A stretch of DNA of 64,000 bases, from contig NC_042997.1 in NCBI RefSeq assembly GCF_006345805.1, forward strand, positions 191,642,001 through 191,706,000, in the 5' to 3' direction. The DNA comes from Octopus sinensis. Lineage: Eukaryota. This document shows positions 51,540 through 62,100 of this stretch, piece by piece (position 1 is the first letter of the stretch; each line of letters opens with the position of its first letter). Position numbers and translations under genes: made by a program. The notes beneath the pieces were generated by a model, which was not told where the DNA came from, did no database searches, and was given only the letters and a program-made list of their open reading frames with translations.

Positions 51540-53450
51540 AGCAGTAGAGCACCAACTGTTAGAATTGTCATACAATAGATGTTCGATGGCTTGTCTTTAG
51601 GTAGGACTGTTTAGCAGATGAATCCTCATGTGACCCAAAACACAAGAGGTAAAGATTAAAGAAATGCTAGTACGGTTGGTATGGCAGAAAGCGTCTCGTT
51701 CCAAGTGGAGTTACGCATGGTAACTAACCTATAATGTAGACAGAAGGTTCTAACTGAAAAAGGTCAACACAACTGGCGCAAAGATTATTATTAATGGCCG
51801 AAACTAAAATCGTAAAATTTCTTCAAACATTCCACTTTTGTTTATCTTGTTCGGTTTATCTTCCCTAAACAAATTGAGCCGCCAATTTAAACAAGATAAA
51901 ATGAGATAGCAGGCATACATATACATTCCTTAACGAATTCAGAAATGAGAAGAAGGAATAAATTTAAGGCTAAAAAACTGTGGAGAAAGTTGGGTATTAG
52001 TTTTCTGAATGGACCGAAAGACTGCTGTCCGTCAGCTCAAACGAAATGGCCAGATGGTCAGAGACCTACACAGGTTTGTTGTAGTAATAATAATAATAAT
52101 GATATCTGCAATTTGTGCAGGAACATAATAGGCTGAAGAAAAAGAAATGAATAAAAGCAAACAGTTGGCGGAAAACAGAAACTATATAAATAGAAGAACA
52201 AAACCGAAAGCAAAACATGTTGGAATCTATTTTTAAATTTTAATTCCTCTTTCTTCTTCCTTTATTTTTTTATATTCAAATCAATAAGGAGTAACGCGAA
52301 AATATTTCGCAAGAAGTGGGAAAGAAAATACTAGAAATACGAAAGGTTTAAAGGCCAATGAAAGAAAGAAAACAATACTTACTATGCTCACGCTGGCTTT
52401 TCTTAATTCACGGTTTTCCTCTTGTAAAGTCTTACACTTTAGTTTATAAGTGTCCAGTTCAACTTTGAGCACTTTATTTTCCTGTTGCAATGAATCAATC
52501 CGTTTGGAAAGGATTTGCTCCACCTGTGCAGGTGATGGAGGTTGCATAGTGGGCCCACTACAGCCTCCAACACCGTCCAAAGAGCTGGTGTCACTCTCCA
52601 ATTCACTCGCGCTGTCCGCCATCATGACTAGTACACATACACACACACTACTTTACAGCAGCAGCAGCAGCACTACCAATGTCATCATGACTAGTTGTTA
52701 CATACACACACATATACACACACACACTCACTATATTATTACAAGCGGCGGCAGCAGCAGCGATGCCATGCACACATACCAACGCTGACTGTGTGTAAAG
52801 CGCCCTTTCGCTTTGCTGTCAATCTGGACGATGATGATAATGATGATAATGATGCTGATGATGATGGTGATGATGATTATTGCTACGCTAATATCGAGTT
52901 GCCGGCTCTGCAGTGATGTAGTTTCGTATCTGGTTATGAAACAGAGCTAGTCTCATGCTCACGATTTATTCTAACACAGAACAATTAAAATCCCATTCTG
53001 TTGTGGTCGATGGTGATGTTTATTTATTTTCTTCTTCGTAAACCAAACTCCAATGGCGTCTGCAATAAACTAGACGGCACTGGCACTTTTCCCTACCTTT
53101 AATGCTAAATATCTCACTTGAAAGAAATCAAATAATTATATTTATTTTTAAATAACTTCATAAATTATGAGTACATATATATGTATAATTTTTTTTTTCT
53201 TTAATTATATTCTAAAATGTTTACTTTTAAATATACAAAAACACTAAAATAGAGTGCAGAATTACTCATTATTAAGTCTTTAGTTGTTTGATCACCTATA
53301 TAAAGTAGCGGCGACAAATGTTAAGGAGAATCGATCTTGGAGCTTATTTTCTATTCTTAGTTGACAGGACGACAAAAACGCCAAAACTTAGAATTCGCTT
53401 TTCTCAAAATGGGTGTTTTTGGTGCCTCACGTAAAGCAATCAAGTTCTGT
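51540..53450. promoter_or_regulatory. CpG-retaining, nearly transposon-free promoter/5' region of CCDC6
   Basis: By eye, CG dinucleotides are much more frequent here than in the flanks (gcggcggcagc, ctcgcgctg, gtagcggcgac). Also has an AATGGCG YY1-like motif near 53053 and TATATAAAG at 53297..53305 (+). The TSS is not determinable from sequence. Confidence 0.6.
52383..52625 (-). CDS. CCDC6: Coiled-coil domain-containing protein 6, first coding exon (phase-0 donor)
   Basis: Translates [18 protein letters not shown]...[43 protein letters not shown]. This matches the vertebrate CCDC6 N-terminus as I recall it (MADSASESD...[39 protein letters not shown]). Similarity ends exactly at a GTAAGT donor (minus 52382..52377). 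The ORF-track tail VSIVFFL... is intron read-through. Confidence 0.95.
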
Positions 53451-53469
53451 AGTTACCTTTGAACAAAAA

Positions 53470-54060
53470 GTTTGTCACCCCCGTGTAGATGCATAAACTC
53501 AGGGAAGCCAATAATCTCCCTCCTTATAGTAAATGAGCTTATATGAGTTATGTGCAAAATGTTGTCGTGATTCTCTTCCCTAATCTTACCAAATATGTCT
53601 CCTCTCAACTCTGTAAATTCGTTTAGGAACCTTACAAAACTTGACAATTGTCCTAGTGTCACAGCATGTGGTATCCCAGCTGAGGAGCCTACCACCACAG
53701 AATGGAAAAATTGTCATACCATTTAGGCCATTTACCATCCCCTCTGTCTAGTCCCACTGGCTCGAGCAGCAAATTGGTGTTTTCAACTGCCAGCCCAGGT
53801 TTCACTGTTCATCAGGCTGAGAAGGGCAAACTATCAAGGTATCAACCATTCTCTGTGGGAGTGGAGACCTCCAGTGTTCTCAGCCCTTGGACTATATCCC
53901 TGCTCATTGCTGTCTGAGCAGAGATGGCTGTATGCAAATGCAAGCTCCGGGAGTTAGTGTGACTGTTCCAGTGCATCTTCGTCACCGGGGCAACACCTTT
54001 TCCATTTTATCTGTTGGGACCATGAGGTGGTCTGACAATCCTTTTTAGATATTTCTCTGC
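53470..54060 (-). mobile_element. CRE-clade non-LTR retrotransposon remnant (restriction-like endonuclease region)
   Basis: 53763..53655 translates EPVGLDRGDGKWP[fs]GMTIFPFCGGRLLSWDTTCCDT; LGKRIT follows downstream. This matches the RLE motif EP.GL.R.DGKRPDG.T..P...GR.L.WD.TC.DT as I recall it. Confidence 0.7.
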
Positions 54061-54507
54061 ACTGATCCTGTTATTTTTGGTCAACTTTTACTGACCCAAT
54101 ACTTTCCTGCAAGGCGCATGGCTCAGTGGTTAGAGCATCAGACTCACAATCATGAGGTAGTGAGTTCAATTCCTGGACTGGGCTGTGTGTTGTGGTTCTT
54201 GAGCAAAATACTTTGTTTCACATTGCTCCAGTTCATTCAGCTGTAGAAATGAGCTGTGACGCCACTGGTGCCAAACTGTATCAGCCTTTGCCTTTCCATT
54301 GGATAAGAACTGGCATGAAGAGGGGAGGTTGGTATGCATGTATGCATGCTGATCTTCCCCTCAGAACGGAACTTTCTAGGTGCAATCCCATGGTCATTCA
54401 TGGCCGAAGGGGGTCATTTACTCTTCTGCTCACTTTAATCGTCTCTTGACCAGTAGTTCCCAACTTGTTTTCATCCTCAAATATGTTTCACCTCCAGTGG
54501 CTAACTC

Positions 54508-54552
<45 letters not shown>

Positions 54553-54624
54553 GTTTCTGTCTCTCTGTCACATTCTAACCTTTCACCATCTGATACAAGA
54601 TCACCTCCTCCAATGACCCCCTCC

Positions 54625-54966
54625 CCTCTCAAATTTCCTTGTTTTGTAAGTTACTTGGTGACCCTGCCGGTGCTGGTGCCACATAAGAGGCATCCAGTCC
54701 ACACTGTAAAGTAGTTGGTGTTTGGAAGGGCATCCAGCTGTAAAAACCATGCCAAAACTGACCTCACCTGTGCCGGTGCCATGTAAAAGCACTCAGTCCA
54801 CTCTGCAATGTGGTTGGTGTTAGGTGTTAGGGAGGACGTCCAGCCATAAAAACCCTGCCAAAACAGACACAGAAGCCTGGTATAGTCTTCTGCCTGGCCT
54901 GTTCCTGTCAAACCGTCCAGCCCATATCAGCATGGAAGGTGGATGTTAAACAATGATGATGGTGAT
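54625..54966 (+). mobile_element. RTE 3' tail, older subtype
   Basis: Two GGTTGGTGTT(T/A)GG(A)AGG blocks and a GTTAAACAATGATGAT end. Confidence 0.7.
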
Positions 54967-54992
54967 GATACATACATATGTGTGTGTGTATG

Positions 54993-55025
<33 letters not shown>

Positions 55026-55697
55026 AGGATAAGATCTTTAATTTAAATTAAATAACGATCTTATCAAGTGGCCAGCATGGAAAAAACCTTCAAAGGTAAT
55101 AATTTGGAATTATCCAGTAATTTTTTACTAGTTTTATTTTGTCTTTTTGCCTTCTCTCCATGTGCTTTTAGGTGGTTTTAGGGTCAGATCATGGCTGCTA
55201 TTTTCAGCATGGCGGTATCTCATAGATACCCTAAGTTATATATATATATATAGATATATAGATAGAGAGAGAGAGAGAGAGAGAGTGCTTTGCATCCATT
55301 ACTTCTATATAATTGTTGCAGCTGCCTGTAGATATATAGAGTGAGCAGCATCTCTAGGGTGGAAGGAGTGGAAATGGAGTAACATATATGACTGTATATC
55401 AGTCCTCCAATCTAGATGGGATTTGTAACCTGAGAAGATGAAGAATGCTTTTAAATGGTCTTTGCAAATGGGTTTGGTTGCTGTGTCTAATACCAGAAAT
55501 GACTGACCTTGAGATTTTTCAGTTAACAGTCATTGGCTAGATGTGTACTGTATGGTTTGTTTCTAAAGAAAAAATTAATGTCATGTTGAATAGGTCTGGT
55601 CAGTTCACCTAGACTAGATCAATAGAAAAAAACGTTGCTAGTTTTGAATGCATAGAAACTATTTGTAGGTCTTGCAACTAAGATCTCAGATAAACTA

Positions 55698-56943
55698 TCA
55701 GGTCATCTCATAAGTTCTTTTTTAAAATTGAATGAAATTTAATAGTATTTTAGAATGTCTAATGGAATTTAAAATTATTTTTATGCATTTGTGTACTTTT
55801 AAACTAATTAAATATTATTTTACAGAATTATAGAATTAAAATTTCTTTGATTAAAACCCTTTCTAACATGAAAGTATCCAAAGAGCATTTAAGGCACATA
55901 ATGCTTCGAGTACAAAAAAGGAAACTTTGCAGCCAAAGTGACTCAAAACATACACTCAGTTTATGGGAAAGAATGCTTGAATGAAAGAACTTGCAGAAGA
56001 TGATTTGCAAAATTCAGAAGTGGAGATTTCAGCCTTGAAGATGAAGATTGAACAGGACATCCAGTTGAGTTTGATGATAAGCTCCTTGAAGCATTACTTG
56101 AAGAAAATCCTGCATTATCAGTTGAAGAATTGGCAATAAAGCTTAGTTCAAACCATACAAATGTTCATCAACATCTTCAACAACTTGGAAAGGTTCCCAT
56201 TGGAAAATGGGTGCCTCATGAATTGTCTGAAAGCAACTGCAAATCCTGAGTTGACATCTGCTCTTCTCTCTATTCTCGCGAACTCATTTCACCCTTTTTG
56301 GATAGACTTATGACTGGTGATGAAAAATGGATCTTCTATCAAAATGTTAAACGTCGTAAACAGTGGCTTGGTAAAAGGGAAAAAGCTCAACCACAACCAA
56401 GAAAGGAACTTCATGGAAAAAAGGTTCTTTCTATCTGTTGGGATTGCAAAGGAGTAATTCACTTTGAATTATTACCACCTAATGCAATAATCAATGCTCA
56501 AGTCTACTGTCAGCAATTAGAGTGTTTGTTAAAACCAAGCTTTAGTGAATCAAAAAGGAGTGATGTTTCATCAAGACAATGCATAACCCCACACTGCAAA
56601 GATCACATCACAGAAGATCAAGGAGCTTGGTTTGGAAAAAATTTCTCCACCTTACTCTCCCGACCTTGCTCCTTCAGACTACCATTTGTTTCATAGTTTA
56701 CAGAATAATTTAGGAGACATAACTTTCGCAAGCCAGGAGGAGGTCGAAACTGACATTTCAAAGTCCTTCACTTAGAAACCAAAATAGTTTTACATTGATG
56801 GGATTAAAAATCTTGTAAATAGATGGAAGAAAGTCATAGGTAATCAGGTAAAGCACATTGATGATTAAATTTCAATTAAATATAACATTTGATCATTTGT
56901 TTTCTTTATTCAAAATTTGGATAGAACTTATGGAATGACCTAA
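55698..56943 (+). mobile_element. Full-length but defective mariner (DD34D) transposon
   Basis: TIRs TCAGGTCATCTCATAAGTTCT and AGAACTTATGGAATGACCTAA with TA on both sides. Motifs MKVSKEHLRHIM, KWVPHEL, TGDEKW, HQDNA, YSPDLAPSDYHLF; several frameshifts and stops. Confidence 0.93.
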
Positions 56944-57129
56944 TAATATAATCTTCAGTCTGGCTTGGGATTAACTTTACATTCTTCCAGGTTATGTTCA
57001 ATTATGTAAAATGAAATATTGTAAAGAAAAATTCCATTTGGTTTGTTGGTTTTGAAGCACAAGAATGATTGACAAAATAGAGTTAAACAGTGCTCAAGTT
57101 TTTTTTAGGATTCTCAGGAATTGGTTGTC

Positions 57130-57820
57130 AATACATCACAGAATCTGGACTTAGTATAGCTTTGTAAGTTGCAGCTATTTTGATGTGTAAGTTTTTACTA
57201 TTTTCAGTTTGTGGTAATGGCATTCTCTTTGATGCACACTGTATCAACTCTGCTGCACCTCAAGGTTTGGTAATATTTCCCACACTCTACCTTCTGTACA
57301 TTAGAACCCAAGATTTTGTCAGTTCTGACAACATATTCCTAAGTAGATGATACCACCCTTTATGATTTCTTAACCTTCTACACTTATTCAAACTCTTCAC
57401 TCCCTATGGAGTATAAAAATAAATAAATAAATGTGCCCTTTTAAAGCCTAGCCAGGCTCATGGGCCTGGTTTCCCAGTTTTTATGGCGTATGTATTCCCC
57501 AGCTGGACGGGATGCCAGTCCATCACATCGTTACTCATTTTTGCCAGCTGAGTGGACTGGAGCAACGTGAAATGAAGTGTTTTGCCCAAGAGCACAACGT
57601 GTCGCCCAGTCCAGAAATCGAAACCACAATCTTACGATCATGATGCTGACACCCTAACCACTAAGCTACGCGCCGCCACCTATGGAGTACAAGCCATTGA
57701 CAAATTCTCTCTAGTGTTCTTGACTCCAGGCTGTCTCCTGGGGATCAAACAGTGAGTCAGCCTTGCAGCTTCCTTTCAGATTTTGCTGCACTTCATAAGG
57801 TCTTCCTCTCTCTCTCAAGA
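57130..57820 (+). mobile_element. Old CR1/Jockey-like RT remnant split by a SINE
   Basis: APQGLVIFPTLYLLYI (compare VPQGSVLSPTLFLLYI) and GATGATACCACCCTT (DDTTL). Confidence 0.5.
57414..57678 (-). mobile_element. tRNA-derived SINE family E with 11-bp TSD (relatives at about 5710-5945, 11150-11380, 18590-18910, 30760-30990, 54110-54350)
   Basis: CCTATGGAGTA at 57403..57413 and 57679..57689; A/B boxes; TTGCTCCAGTCCACTCAGCTG core; (TTTA)n tail. Confidence 0.88.
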
Positions 57821-58561
57821 CTTGGTTTTGAATTATCTTTGTTGTTTCTGTAATTTTACTTTTCCTACATGGTGGTATTGGCCCAGTACAAACCCATTTT
57901 TATCTCTGGGAAGAGGTGGTCCATATCAGTCTGGTCTCTATCCTTTGACCTGTCCAGCATGGAAGGCCTACCAGGAGCTCATGTTCTACTGACGTTGCTC
58001 TTGGGATCATTGAGGCATACAAGCCACCACATTGCAACAAGGAGGATTGGACCTTGTGATGGAACCTTCTATGCACTGACATCATATATATGCAACCTAA
58101 AATTCTCTTGCCAGACCTGTTGTATTGCCATGAACAGATATCTCAACAGCAACATTTTTGTATCTCACCCTCTATACACAGGAGCAAAATATAAGAATTT
58201 CAAATGTTAGACCTCATCCTCACACCTCAGATGATATCTCATGGTGCATTTGTATTTCAAAAAATACAAATGAAATCAAATGTGATTTATTAGAAAAAAA
58301 AATTAGGAAAATAGGTAAAAATATTGTAAAAGGCAGTTTTAAAATTTTGAAAGTAAAATGTTTTTAATACAAATGAAGGCAACATTGACAATTCTCTTAA
58401 TAACTTTAACAAAAGCAACAATGGTTGCGTAGGAGTGGCTGTGTGGTAACCAAAACAGCACCACAAAGACTAAGCTTTCTCTTTAGTACCAGAAAATGTT
58501 TCTATCTTGATCAATAACTGACCTTCTATGAATTTCAAGACCCAGGTTAGAGGGCTGCTCA

Positions 58562-58715
58562 TATATGAGGTGGTATCAAAAAGTTCCTGGACTAGTTACG
58601 TTTAATAAAAAAAATTACTTATTTACCTAAATTTTAACATCATCTCCTTCAAAATAGTTACCTTGCACAGCAATACACTAGACCGTGTTCCTGCTACTTT
58701 TGGAATCCAACCTGA
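58562..58715 (-). mobile_element. Mariner 3' end fragment
   Basis: Minus strand reads CIAVQGNYFEGD, then a TIR-like AACTTTTTGATACCACCTCATA. Confidence 0.6.
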
Positions 58716-59399
58716 ATTCACTTATACTGTCTCTTCTCTCAGATTTCACACTCAATACTTTTTCCAGTTCTTCTTTCCCACTTATGACTTCCTAGAGCTA
58801 CAATGTTCCCTTTAGTCCACATGCTTGCTTATACAATGTAATCATCACTCTGACATACTTTAACCAACACTTCACTCAATGACAAGTCTTTCTCAAATCA
58901 TGCTTTTCAACAATCAAGCATTTAAAACTAAGTCTATAACTAACAAAGGAATCGTACAGCAAGTTTAATTATTCAGATCAGAGCCATTGCAAACTACAAA
59001 GGCTGCTAAAACTGATAGAATTCTGACAGAGATTAAGTTGAAGTTATAAATAATAAATCAGATTTGTCTTTTGTTCTTTTGAAATTCTTAACTGTTCCAT
59101 AGGTAACCAATTTCTCTCTACTAAGATATAAAAGAAACTTAGTAAAGTTAAAACAACCTAATTCTATGTTATTTCAGTTACAATGTTATATTGGTTATGT
59201 TCAAAAAACATAACCCACACACACAAAATATTGTTACTGGCACAAAATTGGTAACTTCTTAGAGGAATTGTAAATTCCATAGTCTTTTCAAATGGCTAAT
59301 AATGTGTGTGCGCGCCACTACTACACACATTGGAAAGCATTGTACAACCAAGCACTAAAGAAGGTCATTCCTCCTCCATGAGACAAAGCTGTTCCCGCT

Positions 59400-59830
59400 G
59401 GACGTCAACCCAGTATTTCTAAGCTACAGACCGAGTGATTTACTGTAAGGTTATCAAAGAAGCTTGAGAGGCAGTTGGATGGAACCTACACTCGCCTCCT
59501 TATGAGAGCTCAAAATCTCTCGTGGAAGTGTCATCCAACCAAAATGCAAATATATGGGAAACTACCACCTGTGTCATCTCTTGTGAAAGGTAGAAGAGTC
59601 CAGTTTGCTGGACATTGTTGTAGAGCTGAAAAAGAAGTAATTTCTACTCTTCTCTTCTGGAAGCCATCTACTCGCAACACCAGAGGGCGCACACTCTCCT
59701 ACCATGATGTAATCTCCAGGGATACAGGCATCCAGCAACAGGACCTCCGTAATGCTATGATGGACCGTGAAGTCTGGTGTAACATAGTAAATTCCATTGT
59801 CTCGACCATGGTCAAACAATGATGATGATT
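59400..59830 (+). mobile_element. RTE/RTEX-type LINE 3' end
   Basis: LDGTYTRLLMRAQNLSW...RRVQFAGHC...MMDREVW then TGATGATGAT tail. Confidence 0.82.
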
Positions 59831-60050
59831 AGAGGAATAAAAGGATTCTAATTTTGACAAGCCCAGCAATTTTTTAGTAGGTGGGTGAGATTATTACACC
59901 AGCCTCAGTGCTCAACTGGTACTTATTTAATTGGCCCCAAAAAGATGAAAGCAAAAATCAACCTCTGTGATATTTGAACTCAGAATGTAAAGCTAGAAGA
60001 AATACCAAGAATTTTGTCTGGCAGCTTGCTGCTTTTAACGTTATTGGTAA

Positions 60051-60405
60051 CTAGCAGTATCGCCCGGCATTGCTCGGGTTTGTTTCGACCCTTTGGAATT
60101 GGAATTTTTGAAAAGTAAAAATTTTGCATTATGTAGCTTGTTATTCTCTTTAAGTGAACATTTTTCTGGTTGAAATACATCGAAAAATGGCGACACAGCA
60201 GTCAAAAAATTGTAAAAAATAGGGATTTTCATATGGTCCAATTTGAATTTTTTCTTCTACAGTAGGAAGAGCAAGCCTTCTTCTATCATACTTTCAATTT
60301 TGGTCAACTTGCACTGCAGGGTCTCAGAGGAAATAGTTTTAGTTGAAGGCTACCAAACCTGCCATACACAAACAACTTCAGCTTTATATATATATATATA
60401 TATAT
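60051..60405 (-). mobile_element. Non-autonomous Helitron family 2
   Basis: Minus strand: (TA)nAAGCTGAAGTTGTTTGTG...CCCGAGCAATGCCGGG-CGATACTG-CTAG-T. Confidence 0.75.
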
Positions 60406-61169
60406 ATATGACAATTCAAGTTTGTCTCTAAGGCAAGGGAGAACACAAATGGCAATGGAAAAGGTATAATAACCAAGATGTGGTATGCTTGTTAAAGTGT
60501 CTGATATAATGAGAGGATCGTTGATGCTAAGTGAACTATGACTCAGGAAGATGAATTTGAAAATTGCTTCCTGGATTAGATTTTGTAGAACCTAAAATAA
60601 CGAAGAGAAAGAAGAAAATCTCCCTCAAAAAATACAAATGAAATCAAATGTGATTTATTAGAAAAAAATTAGGAAAATAGGTAAAAATATTGTAAAAGGC
60701 GGTATTAAACTTTTGAAAGTAAAATGTTTTTAATACAAATAAAGGCAATGTTGACAATTCTCTTAATAATTTTAACAAAAGCAACAATGGTAATGCACAG
60801 TTCTGTACACACACTTTTGCAAATGTCACAACCAACAAAAACTTTCTGGACATAAGCAGGTCCCAGTCAAAAAAGCAAGTTTGACGTAAGTGTCTCGCAA
60901 GGAACTTTGTTTCCTTGCCCATAGATTTTATCCAAGAGCAGGCAAATAAGAAGTCAATGTGTCTCTGCCTCATAGCAAGGAATGAGGTTTCTATGCCTTC
61001 TAAAGATGATTTGAAGGAGGTTATTGCTGATGTATGGAACTTTATCTTGTCTATTGAGTGAGGTAGGGAAATAAATTGGATAGTTCACAAGATTCAAATT
61101 GTGAATGGTGTACATTTTTGTTCAATTTAATATGGGCTTTATAATTTTTTGAGCTTTTTTTTTGTTATT

Positions 61170-61400
61170 TTTTTAATCTGGAAGAAAGGGTGTGGTTCAT
61201 GACCTTTACAAGTTCTCCAAGACTGGTTAAACCATTGCAAGTTAACACATGAGCAGGGAGAAGATACCAGAGGGGTAACATATTGGGGGAAAATGATTGG
61301 ACATAGGAAAAATGGTTAGTGGAGATGCTGGATGTACTAAGAGTGACAAAAGGAGAGAGGACAAGTGGGTCAGGAGTATATGTGTGGTGGGGATATGAGA
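61170..61400 (-). mobile_element. CR1/Jockey-like LINE 3' remnant
   Basis: FSYVQSFSPNMLPLWYLLPAHV resembles YS.SFFP.T..LWN.LP..V. Confidence 0.45.
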
Positions 61401-61559
61401 CTAGCTGGTTCCAAGGAGCAGAGGTCATTACAGTAGTGATAGTAAAGAGAAAGAGAAGAAACACTAACCTGTGGTCCAGAGACTGAAGCTGTCTGTAAGT
61501 GATTCAATGTCAGACAAAATAGAGTTACTAAATCAATACTAAATATTGATGGTCTTCAA

Positions 61560-61760
61560 AGCTTATTATTCACTAAGAACAGGCCTTTGACAAGATACCA
61601 CACTCTGTTGTCTGTGGTTTGCCAAGGAAATTAGGTGTAGAAAAATGGTTTGTCACAACTATGCGAATCATGTACAGACATACTTTCAGTAAAATAAGCA
61701 ATGAGATCAGAAAGGAACTTAATGTGTCAGTAAGTATCCATGTGAGCATCACAGCACCAA
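61560..61760 (+). mobile_element. Degenerate RTE RT remnant
   Basis: FDKIPHSVV...RKLGVEKWFV..MYR resembles AFDRVPRSLIWWSMRKLGIDEWLV. Confidence 0.5.
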
Positions 61761-62100
61761 TATCAATATTTAGTATATTAGTCCCAACAGGATTATGATG
61801 TTTGTTACAGTCTGTAACTATTACTGTATAATCTCAATTGGAATACTTCTCAGGGTTCCTTCAAAGGAGCCCAAGGTTTTTAACATTTGATTCATAAAAC
61901 TGGAAAAATTATAGATGGCTTTTGGAGGTTTTACTTGACCAATGAGTATCCAAAGGTTTCTTGGAATTAAGGTAACCTTACTGTTGCTACCCATATAGAC
62001 ATAGGCATAGGTTTTATGGTTAAGACATTCACTTTGCAACTGCATGGTTTGTAGTTTAGACCCACCGTGCAACATCATGAACGAATATCTTCTACTATAG

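Larger units (their letters stand above)
1..52382 (-). other. CCDC6: Probable first intron of CCDC6 (extends beyond the window start)
   Basis: Canonical donor at 52382. A manual scan found no segment encoding the expected next exon (QAxAEQEEEF/YISN...). Confidence 0.7.
58257..60791 (+). repeat. Dispersed direct repeat of about 167 bp (58257..58425 and 60625..60791)
   Basis: 7 substitutions and a 2-nt A-run indel by manual alignment. Confidence 0.9.

Noticed and set aside
48853-51571. Many 100-170 aa ORFs rich in I/Y/C/V/H
   Set aside because: They are translations of (TA)n/(TG)n microsatellites, which lack stops in most frames.
52281-52382. Hydrophobic C-terminal extension of the CCDC6 ORF ([11 protein letters not shown]...)
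   Set aside because: It begins at a consensus GTAAGT donor exactly where homology ends, so it is intron read-through.
57109-57163. Exon-like segment (TTTTTTAG|G...TTT|GTAAGT) that would splice in frame to MGVFGAS at 53409
   Set aside because: It lies in a degenerate CR1/Jockey RT remnant (RIW near the DRVW position, followed by PQG and DDTTL motifs), and the joined peptide resembles nothing I recognise.
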